Shown piece by piece: positions 37,873 through 45,996 of a DNA stretch of 64,000 nucleotides. The notes beneath the pieces are model-generated. The model searched no databases and was not told the DNA's origin. It saw only the letters and a list, made by a program, of their open reading frames with translations. The translations under genes were made by a program, and so were the position numbers. The stretch's first letter is position 1, and the number at the start of each line of letters is the position of its first letter. The stretch is from a virus (taxonomy: Duplodnaviria > Caudoviricetes), in IMG/VR virus record IMGVR_UViG_2595698393_000001, positions 1 through 64,000 of that record, one strand, 5' to 3'.

Positions 37873-38784
37873 ATGAAACAAACAATTAACATAGTATTAT
37901 TTTTCATCCTTTCGTTAGGATTAAACGCTCAAACGGTTGAGGGTACAGTAGGTAGTGATGGTAGTTTAATACCTTACAACGTTTCAGGAGGTTTAGACGA
38001 AACGGCTGTAGACGCCAAAATAGAAACTTCAAACGCTTTAAATTGGTATGATATAACAGCTAACAGAGTTTTAACTAGTAATGAAGGCGGTGGATTGTTT
38101 TTGAATGAAAGTGCAAATGATTACACATTAACCATACCAACTCAAACAACAGGATTATATGAGAGCGATGTTGTCTATACAGCTATTAATTCAGGCTCAG
38201 GAAGTATTATAGTTAGACCAGAATCAGGTCTCACATTAGAATCTAAAGAATTGTTAGAAAACAAAAAAGGCTCTATAGCTAGAAAAGGTTCTAATAAATG
38301 GATTTACTTTGGTGATTGGACTGATTATGTAGTAGTAAATCTTAATTCAACAAACGCTTCTAATCCTACAAGTGAAGATAATTCAACTACGGGATTTACA
38401 CTTGTTGGATCAGGAGCTGTTTTAACTAGTGATACTGATTCTTTTATTGGAACTTATGCAATAAAACTAACATCAGCAGGTTCCGTATCTACTTACGCTT
38501 CATATGTATTTTCTGCTAATGCTGGTGATACATTTTCAGTTTCTTTCAGAATGAAAACAACCGACTCAGAAGGTAGTACTGGTTCTACTGCATGGACTAA
38601 TTCATCTGGCGGAGCTGTTGGTGATTATATAGAAGTGGCTGACGGATGGGTTTCAAGAACGTATAACATAACAGCAACAGCAACAGGAAATATATCATTA
38701 AGATTTTATGCTTCTGCATCAAGTTCAGAAGTTACTTCTGATAATATTTTTATAGATAACTTAATTATAGAAAAAACAAATTAG
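37873..38784 (+). CDS. fibre/adaptor protein with CBM-like C-terminus and signal peptide (paralog of 41172..42086)
   Basis: First ~56 aa nearly identical to the paralog; jelly-roll-like end IFIDNLII. Confidence 0.7.
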   Translation: MKQTINIVLFFILSLGLNAQTVEGTVGSDGSLIPYNVSGGLDETAVDAKIETSNALNWYDITANRVLTSNEGGGLFLNESANDYTLTIPTQTTGLYESDVVYTAINSGSGSIIVRPESGLTLESKELLENKKGSIARKGSNKWIYFGDWTDYVVVNLNSTNASNPTSEDNSTTGFTLVGSGAVLTSDTDSFIGTYAIKLTSAGSVSTYASYVFSANAGDTFSVSFRMKTTDSEGSTGSTAWTNSSGGAVGDYIEVADGWVSRTYNITATATGNISLRFYASASSSEVTSDNIFIDNLIIEKTN

Positions 38785-38785
38785 T

Positions 38786-40126
38786 ATGAGAAATATAGTA
38801 TTAATACTATTGTTTTTTAATATAAGCTTTTCTTTCGGTAAAGATTATTGTGAAGATTTGTATAGTAATTTTTCAGTTTACGGTGTAGTTGGTGATGGTG
38901 TTGCGGATGACACAGTAGCGTTACAGTTAGCTTTGGATTCAGATAGTAATTTATTAGCTGATTCAAACTCGACTTTTTTAGTTACATCTACTTTATATTT
39001 AGACACAAGACTTAATCAAACAGTAGACTGGAATAATTCTACAATGATAACCACAACAGAAAATTTATTATTCATAGAAATAGATAAGAGAAATTCTAAT
39101 GGTGGAACTACAATAATGAAAGATTTGTTTATAGATGCAAATTACATAGGTATGCAGGGGGTTAGCGCATTAAGTAGAGTTGATTTATACAATATAGATG
39201 GAATCAACTATATTCAGGGAGCTACAGCATCAAGCAGTCCATTTCATATAAGGACTGAGTTTTTAACAAATGATGATGACAGCTATGGAGAATGGATAAT
39301 TGATAATTGCGATGTTAACGGCTTAAGAGGTTATGGAAATTATTGTGATTACTGCGATGGTCTTGGAGCTGCAAACGGATATTTGGTTTATTGGAGAGAA
39401 GTTCCAACAGTAGCAACTACAATAACATTTAAAAACGGAAGTTCTTTAAATGGCTTTGGTATTGATGGACAAAATGTCGCTGTATTTAGTCCGTCTATAG
39501 ATGTGAGTAATACATTAGCTAATACTGTTTTTGATAATATAACAACAAAAGGATTCGATAGAAGAGGATGGAAATTGTTTTGCGGAAACATAACCGTTAA
39601 AAATTGTTTGATTCAAGATAATCCAGAGTCTGACGGGGTTACAACATGCGGAACAACAGGAACTGGACTTAATTGCACTCAACTTGGTGAAACTGGAACT
39701 AGTAATTTAAGTGCTGGGTTATTTACATTTGGAACAGGAAGTGGTTCTACCGGCTCTTATAATTTACTAGTAGAGAATACTACGTTTGTTGGTGAATTAT
39801 CAGGTGGAACAGATAATAGAGTTATTTTTGCAAATACAAATGATGTAAGTCTTAATAATTGCACTTTTTCAGGAGGGGCAGATTTAGCTCTAACCACAGC
39901 AATAGATGATATAAATGTATGTAATACAACATTTGGAACTAGTTCTACCTTGTACGAGTACAATATGAGTACACCATATGGAACTATAAACTTAGATATT
40001 GACAACGTATATGCAACAACACCATCTTTCACATTAACCACAATCAACAACACGGATATTAATTGCGATGTCACTATTGTTTCAACATCGCAAAAAAATC
40101 AGAATTTAATTTACTGGAGATATTAA
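38786..40126 (+). CDS. beta-helix polysaccharide-binding/degrading protein with signal peptide
   Basis: YGVVGDGVADDTVALQLALD; Cys-rich; C-terminal KNQNLIYWRY. Confidence 0.7.
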   Translation: MRNIVLILLFFNISFSFGKDYCEDLYSNFSVYGVVGDGVADDTVALQLALDSDSNLLADSNSTFLVTSTLYLDTRLNQTVDWNNSTMITTTENLLFIEIDKRNSNGGTTIMKDLFIDANYIGMQGVSALSRVDLYNIDGINYIQGATASSSPFHIRTEFLTNDDDSYGEWIIDNCDVNGLRGYGNYCDYCDGLGAANGYLVYWREVPTVATTITFKNGSSLNGFGIDGQNVAVFSPSIDVSNTLANTVFDNITTKGFDRRGWKLFCGNITVKNCLIQDNPESDGVTTCGTTGTGLNCTQLGETGTSNLSAGLFTFGTGSGSTGSYNLLVENTTFVGELSGGTDNRVIFANTNDVSLNNCTFSGGADLALTTAIDDINVCNTTFGTSSTLYEYNMSTPYGTINLDIDNVYATTPSFTLTTINNTDINCDVTIVSTSQKNQNLIYWRY

Positions 40127-40137
40127 ATATATAAATT

Positions 40138-40413
40138 ATGACAAAATTAATAGAAAAAACACAATCAAAAGCAGAGAACTATTGGATATTATTCTTTAGA
40201 ATACCTGGACTATTTTTATTCTTTCTTCCGTTTATACCTGTAACTATGGGGTATATTAATTCTAACGTTGATAAGGTTAGATTAGATGGTGGAGATTGGC
40301 AATTACTTGGATTAGGATTTTTCCTAGTTTGGGGAAGTTCTTATTTTGGTATTTTAGGAAACAAATTAGGAATGTTCTTATCTAGCAAGTTTGGATTAAA
40401 CAATAAAGAGTAA
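40138..40413 (+). CDS. two-TM membrane protein, holin candidate
   Basis: Two hydrophobic helices; near the endolysin. Confidence 0.45.
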   Translation: MTKLIEKTQSKAENYWILFFRIPGLFLFFLPFIPVTMGYINSNVDKVRLDGGDWQLLGLGFFLVWGSSYFGILGNKLGMFLSSKFGLNNKE

Positions 40414-40546
40414 GGATATGAAAACATTAATAGCAATATCTATTATATGCTTGATTATTCAATACTTCCTAGAAGACACTAAATCAAGTAGAGATAATAC
40501 ACCGAAAACAGATCCATAGAATGTACAATAAAATCCCCCCTTTTTT

Positions 40547-41167
40547 TTGGGAACAACAAAATTTGTAAGTAGATACAACTATAAAAGGAGGATTTTAGCT
40601 TTCAGGTTGCGTTGCGCAAAAAAAAGATTGAGACAGAAAGCTTGGGTAAGAAGAATAATACGTAGCAAAGTATTGGTTTATATTCCTGTAGCTATGCTTT
40701 CTATTAAGCTTTACATAGAGAGAGAGGCTAGAGTTACTGCAGAAGTAAAGGCGGCACTATACGAAAGCCAGGCAAAGAGCACTATTAAAACCTTTGACGA
40801 TATGAAGGTTAGTTATTTCGAGAAGCTTTTAAGAAAGAACTACTTCATAATGCTAGGCACTAATGATTATTACGACGAGCAGTTTACAAGTAGACTTGGT
40901 TTTGAAGGAATAGATTATTTAGGAAAAAAAGATTCAGATTTACAAGACACTACAAGCGCGTATGGCTATTCCAAAAGCGACATGAAGGTTGTATACTCTT
41001 TAGATCGAGAATGGTTCCGAGAATACTTTATAGTAAAGAAAGATACTCAGGAATTAGCTGTATTCAAATTTTGTAGAATAGAACTAAATAAAGATACAGT
41101 GGTAGGAGGACTTCCTTTTGATATGGAAAAACTAAAAAAAGAATTAAAACTTAAAGATATAGATTAA
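40547..41167 (+). CDS. membrane-anchored protein with PAS-like C-terminal region
   Basis: Basic N-terminus, TM, NDYYDEQF...YLGKKD...SDMKV; true start probably ATG 40521 across a homopolymer frameshift. Confidence 0.5.
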   Translation: MGTTKFVSRYNYKRRILAFRLRCAKKRLRQKAWVRRIIRSKVLVYIPVAMLSIKLYIEREARVTAEVKAALYESQAKSTIKTFDDMKVSYFEKLLRKNYFIMLGTNDYYDEQFTSRLGFEGIDYLGKKDSDLQDTTSAYGYSKSDMKVVYSLDREWFREYFIVKKDTQELAVFKFCRIELNKDTVVGGLPFDMEKLKKELKLKDID

Positions 41168-41171
41168 TAAG

Positions 41172-42086
41172 ATGAAACAAACAATTAGCATAGTATTATT
41201 TTTCATCCTTTCATTAGGATTAAACGCTCAAACGGTTGAGGGTACAGTGGGTAGTGATGGTAGTTTAATTCCTTATAACGTTTCAGGAGGATTAGACGAA
41301 ACTGCTGTAGACGCTAAAATAGAAACAGCTAACGCATTAAATATATCTAGCTTAACATCAGATAGAACGATTGCAAAAACTGATTTTGGCGGCATTATAA
41401 AGCATACCACAACAGGAACTAAAAGAATTAACATTCCAACGGAATCGGTGGGAGTTTTTGAAGATGATGGTGTCGTTTCTATTTTAGCTAATGGTGGCGG
41501 AAAAACTATTATAAATCATTCAAATGGAGTTACTATAGATAGACTACAATTAGAAGGAAAAGGTAAGATGGGAACTATAGCAAGAAACGGTTCTGATAAT
41601 TGGTTGTATTGGGGATCTTTTGAACCTTATGTAAATGATAATCCAGAAGTATATGTGTTTTTAAATAGCCTAAGTAAAAGCAATAACACAGATTCGACAA
41701 CTGGTTTAACTGAATACCAATCTACTATTTCTAGTGTTCTTGACGGAGGAATTTACGTTACTCAGGTGGAAAGTTTAAACGGTTCTAATATCGATAGGCT
41801 TTTAGAAGGCATACCTACAACATATGGATTAGTATACGAGTATGAATTTGAAGCAAGAAGTATAGAGGGCGCTGCAATTAGTAAACATATTAGATTTTCT
41901 ACAGTTTTGGAAAATATAAACATAACGCTTTCTGACGCATGGACTAAATACACAGGAACTTTTACTGCTGATGGTACGCAAATGACTTTTAATGCTTATA
42001 CAAATAGACTTTCTAGTGGTGCAGTTTCTGGAAGTATAGGCGATAAACTTCAAGTTAAGAATTTGTCAATTAAATTAGTAGAGTAA
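41172..42086 (+). CDS. fibre/adaptor protein with CBM-like C-terminus and signal peptide (paralog of 37873..38784)
   Basis: Shared N-terminus; LSDAWTKYTGTFTA CBM4/9-like motif. Confidence 0.7.
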   Translation: MKQTISIVLFFILSLGLNAQTVEGTVGSDGSLIPYNVSGGLDETAVDAKIETANALNISSLTSDRTIAKTDFGGIIKHTTTGTKRINIPTESVGVFEDDGVVSILANGGGKTIINHSNGVTIDRLQLEGKGKMGTIARNGSDNWLYWGSFEPYVNDNPEVYVFLNSLSKSNNTDSTTGLTEYQSTISSVLDGGIYVTQVESLNGSNIDRLLEGIPTTYGLVYEYEFEARSIEGAAISKHIRFSTVLENINITLSDAWTKYTGTFTADGTQMTFNAYTNRLSSGAVSGSIGDKLQVKNLSIKLVE

Positions 42087-43251
42087 TGAAAAGTGCATTT
42101 TTTTATTAATAATACTATCTAATACATTGCAATCACAAATAAAAACGGTTGATGACTGGCAGTTAGATTTCGATTCCGAAACTACTGAAGATGCATATTA
42201 TTTAAGCTTATCTAACTCAAATGATGATGATGATAACTACTATATAGACTTTTCGCAATACGTAAGCATGTATCAAGCGTCTGGCGACGAATCATATTTA
42301 GATGTGGCGGTAGATTTATTTGAAAACAAAGTGTCTCAATCTTCATTAATGGTTGATGGGTATTATGGATGGTTAAGGGATGCAGATAATAGCGGTGGAG
42401 GAATAACAAACGGTGGAGGTGGAAATGACGGACAAGAAATACCATTATCACAAACTAGAGGATTTGGAAGAACGGCAGCACATATGTTATGGGTTTTAAG
42501 TACTGCTACTGAATATCTATCTAAAAACGATAATCAAGCGCAATTCGATACTAATTATTTATGGTTTAAAACAAATATATGTGAGAAGTGGAGAAGCCGC
42601 GATTTAGCAAACATATACAGAATAAGGACGCATATAATGTCTCATTGGGCGCAAATAGGTTTTTACATGGATAAGATAGAATCAAACGCAAACTACAGAA
42701 AGTGGTACGATGATTTTAACACAGATATATCTGATGGAGTTTACGAGGGTAGTATGAGAGAACAATTAAGAATAGTTTCTTTAGTTGGTGGTGATGGTTA
42801 TGTATGGTCTGGAGAATGGGGTGTGACTACAAACGTGAACGATGTTTCACACGCTAACGCAGAGGTTGAGTTAATGGTTGCAGGTGCTGAAAGTTCTGAT
42901 TACTGGAGCTTAACAGATATGTCAAGACTGATTAATACTTTCGATGAAAATGTTTACAGAAGTAGCACTCAGGGATGGGAGTATATGGATGGAACATCTG
43001 TATCACTAAACGTGCAATTATGGGAGCAAGGATGGATTAAATTAGGTAGATTTGACTATAATTTACAATTGAAACTTAATGATATAGTGTTTAATACTCA
43101 TTCGCAAAAGTATAAAAAAAGGGGGTTATCAGAAATGGCATACAATAAAGCCTATTTAGACGGTGTTGTTTACCCTTTAGAATACACTAGTCCAGAGACC
43201 GAACCAAGCACATCAACAAAAAACCAAAAATTAATTTATTGGAGATATTAA
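42086..43251 (+). CDS. alpha/alpha-toroid glycan-active enzyme-like protein; signal peptide separated by a T7 frameshift
   Basis: MYQASGDESYLD motif; C-terminal KNQKLIYWRY; a T8 run would give MKSAFFLLIILSNTLQS-Q. Confidence 0.6.
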
Positions 43252-43262
43252 ATATAGAAATT

Positions 43263-43769
43263 ATGAAAGTTTCAGGAATAATTGCATTTATCTTAGCTAT
43301 AGTAATGACCATTATAAGCAAGGCTCCTAGTTTTTCACAACTAGCGTTAACATTATACACACCATTGTTGGACGGTTTTTTGTTTTGTATTGCATTAGCT
43401 TTTTTAATACGCTCTAAGGATGCTTTAAATAGAAACGATGTGATACTATGGAAGTGCGAAACGAAGTACTTTGACATACTTAGCTGCGTGTTTTTTGGAC
43501 TTATATTGATTACTCCGGTAACACATACAGAAGAGTTTATTCAAATAGCGCACATGATAGCTACCGGAATGGCAATATTGATAAGCTACACAGCTTTAGT
43601 TGCTCAACAAACTGATAGAATGATGAAATCAGGAAGTATTCTAGGTGTTGTTGTTGGAGGTGTTGGATTTTTGATTGGATTCTTAACTCCATATTACAGC
43701 ACGGGAGAAGGCGAATTAATAGCTTCATTGCCGTTGGCAGTTCATATATTTTTTACCAAAACAAAATAG
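43263..43769 (+). CDS. multi-pass membrane protein
   Basis: About six TM segments; ATG 43263 matches the paralogous start context at 40138. Confidence 0.65.
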   Translation: MKVSGIIAFILAIVMTIISKAPSFSQLALTLYTPLLDGFLFCIALAFLIRSKDALNRNDVILWKCETKYFDILSCVFFGLILITPVTHTEEFIQIAHMIATGMAILISYTALVAQQTDRMMKSGSILGVVVGGVGFLIGFLTPYYSTGEGELIASLPLAVHIFFTKTK

Positions 43770-43814
43770 TATACATAAAGCTATATTTTAAAATATAAAA
43801 ACATACATATTACT

Positions 43815-44360
43815 ATGAACTTAGATTATTACAAAAATATAGTGAGAAATCACCCAGAGGAATTTGAGCTATTTAAGAATAAGTTCTTTCCTATTGTGAT
43901 GAAGTGGGAAGGTGGAGGCGAACTACACAACGTTAAAGGTGATTCAGGCGGTTGGACTATTTGGGGAATAGCATACAACTACAACAAAGCTCTATTCGAT
44001 GATTTTAATGACTTTAAAGACACAACAAGAGAAGAAGCATCTTATATTGCATTTGTAAAGTATTACTTGGCGGCCAACGCAGAATTGGTACCAATGGATG
44101 CGAAGCTATACTATTTTGATATGTGCTATAACATGGGCGTATCAAGAGGTATTAAGATACTTCAAAAATGCATAGGTGTTAATGCCGATGGTAGAATTGG
44201 AAATATTACTAAGTCAAAAATACACAATGTAACAGAGTGCTGTTTGATGATTGAAAGAAATAAGTTCTATAATAGGCTAGTTGAAAACAACTATAAAATG
44301 GGGAAATTCATTAAAGGTTGGTTAAATAGAAGTAAGGGAATATTTGATTTTAAATACTAA
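43815..44360 (+). CDS. endolysin, glycosyl hydrolase family 108
   Basis: WEGG...DSGGWTIWGI, FDMCYNMG, ADGRIG, GWLNR. Confidence 0.9.
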   Translation: MNLDYYKNIVRNHPEEFELFKNKFFPIVMKWEGGGELHNVKGDSGGWTIWGIAYNYNKALFDDFNDFKDTTREEASYIAFVKYYLAANAELVPMDAKLYYFDMCYNMGVSRGIKILQKCIGVNADGRIGNITKSKIHNVTECCLMIERNKFYNRLVENNYKMGKFIKGWLNRSKGIFDFKY

Positions 44361-44525
44361 TGTTATGACAGACGATGAATGGTATGGTGAAGTATTCAAA
44401 ACAGGAACAATGCAAGATGTGATGGACCTAAAAAGCATCCTAATAAAAGAAGGAGACTTTTTATTGGCAGCAGCTTGTGATGGAAGATTAAAAGAATTAC
44501 GAATTAAAAATTCAGACTGTTAGTT

Positions 44526-44807
44526 ATGACAAAAACGATAGCAATAATAGCAATTACAATACTAATTACATCCTTAATTTGGTGGTTTGGAATAAATCCA
44601 GTATCAGATAAATCGTACATTAATGTAATAAAAGAGAAAGATAGTATAATTTTGGTGCAAAAAAATATTATCTTAGACGCGTATAAGGATATTAACGACT
44701 CAATACAATATGGAAAAGACATCCAACACATCAAAAAACTTCATGATCGTTATCCTGATGATGCTATTCTCGATAGCTTGCTTCGCGCAGGACAAGAATT
44801 ACGTTAG
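44526..44807 (+). CDS. spanin-like membrane protein
   Basis: N-terminal TM plus helical domain; overlaps the next gene; follows the endolysin. Confidence 0.45.
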   Translation: MTKTIAIIAITILITSLIWWFGINPVSDKSYINVIKEKDSIILVQKNIILDAYKDINDSIQYGKDIQHIKKLHDRYPDDAILDSLLRAGQELR

Positions 44808-45078
44808 TGTTCATAGAGATAGTTTGTATAACGCTTTACTTAATATTTCTGAACTAAAAGTTGAGAATGCATTTTTAAGGAAAAAGAACGATAATCAAAA
44901 AGTAATCATAACTGCTCAAGAAATAATCATTTCCGAAACAGAATTTAAAACTGAAATACTGACTAAGCAAATAAGCATAGAACAAAGTACCGGCACTAAA
45001 AAATGGTGGAATGGTTTTGGTAAAGGAGTTGCTACTGGAGGTGTAATAGTTTTAGGATTATTCTTAGGGTTAAAATAA
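44710..45078 (+). CDS. spanin-like protein
   Basis: Signal/possible lipobox (SIAC), coiled coil, C-terminal TM. Confidence 0.45.
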   Translation: MEKTSNTSKNFMIVILMMLFSIACFAQDKNYVSVHRDSLYNALLNISELKVENAFLRKKNDNQKVIITAQEIIISETEFKTEILTKQISIEQSTGTKKWWNGFGKGVATGGVIVLGLFLGLK

Positions 45079-45083
45079 GTTTT

Positions 45084-45686
45084 ATGAAGGGATTAAATCA
45101 TTTTATAGTACACATACCGGAAAAGTGGAGTCAAACATATAAGACCGAAAGCGGACTTGAATTGCATGCAGACAGAAGGTTTTCTTTAAGACAAGTAGGT
45201 AATACCATTGTAAAGGTAATTGAAACGCCATACAACTACGATGGTCCCGTTAAGATTGGAGACACACTATTTATCGATGTAAATGCATTGTCTCAACAAT
45301 CGTATGTTATTGGAGGTGAGTTAGAAAACCAACATCTAATTGATAGGGAGAAAAAATTATACAAAATTGATTCTTCTTTGATATTCGCATATAAAGAAAC
45401 TGATGATTCTGAATGGATAGGTTTTGAAGAGAGTATTTTATGTAAAAGCATAAAGGAGGTTAAGGTAGAAAAAAAACCTAGCCTTATCTATATTCCAGAA
45501 GACAACAAGGAGAAAACTATTGAAGGTAAGTACATTGTAGATGTTCTAAATCCTATAGCGGAATCAATGGGAATAAAAAAAGGAGATACTATTTATGTTG
45601 AGAAACATTTATTTTTAGATGTTAGGTTAGAAGATAAAGAGTATGTAAGAATTAGAGTTAGAGATATTTTGGGATTAGCAATTTAA
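45084..45686 (+). CDS. tandem GroES-like domain protein
   Basis: KTESGLEL, VKIGDTL, GIKKGDTI, RIRVRDILG. Confidence 0.6.
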   Translation: MKGLNHFIVHIPEKWSQTYKTESGLELHADRRFSLRQVGNTIVKVIETPYNYDGPVKIGDTLFIDVNALSQQSYVIGGELENQHLIDREKKLYKIDSSLIFAYKETDDSEWIGFEESILCKSIKEVKVEKKPSLIYIPEDNKEKTIEGKYIVDVLNPIAESMGIKKGDTIYVEKHLFLDVRLEDKEYVRIRVRDILGLAI

Positions 45687-45696
45687 AACACAGAAA

Positions 45697-45996
45697 ATGA
45701 GTACGGAAAAGGAGTTATCAAAATACTACAAAGAAAACATTCCTGATTTAATATTAGATTTGAAGGTAGCGGTTAGAAACAATAGAAGTGTTATTACACA
45801 ATCTGTAGATAGTGATTTAAGTGAGGATAAATATGTAAATGTGCTTAAGGCAAGAAGAATGGCGGCTGATGATACTATACACTTTTTAAAAGAAATAGAT
45901 CGTCTTGAAAACGAATTAAATGAAGTAGAAGAAGTGGGTGTTTCTACTAAAAAGAAAATTACAAACCCTGCTAAAAAATACGCAAGTAAAGAATGA
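45697..45996 (+). CDS. probable terminase small subunit
   Basis: Small helical protein overlapping the start of terL. Confidence 0.5.
   Translation: MSTEKELSKYYKENIPDLILDLKVAVRNNRSVITQSVDSDLSEDKYVNVLKARRMAADDTIHFLKEIDRLENELNEVEEVGVSTKKKITNPAKKYASKE

Noticed and set aside
37873-41339. DGR template/variable repeat pair or invertible shufflon
   Set aside because: Differences are not adenine-specific, the repeats are direct rather than inverted, and no RT or invertase is adjacent
42086-42110. T7 tract disconnecting the signal peptide of the 42127 ORF, read as a phase-variation switch
   Set aside because: At least five other genes (near 2385, 17910, 21408, 31720, 40545) are likewise repaired by adding one base to a homopolymer, which points to systematic sequencing error; raw reads would be needed to revive the idea
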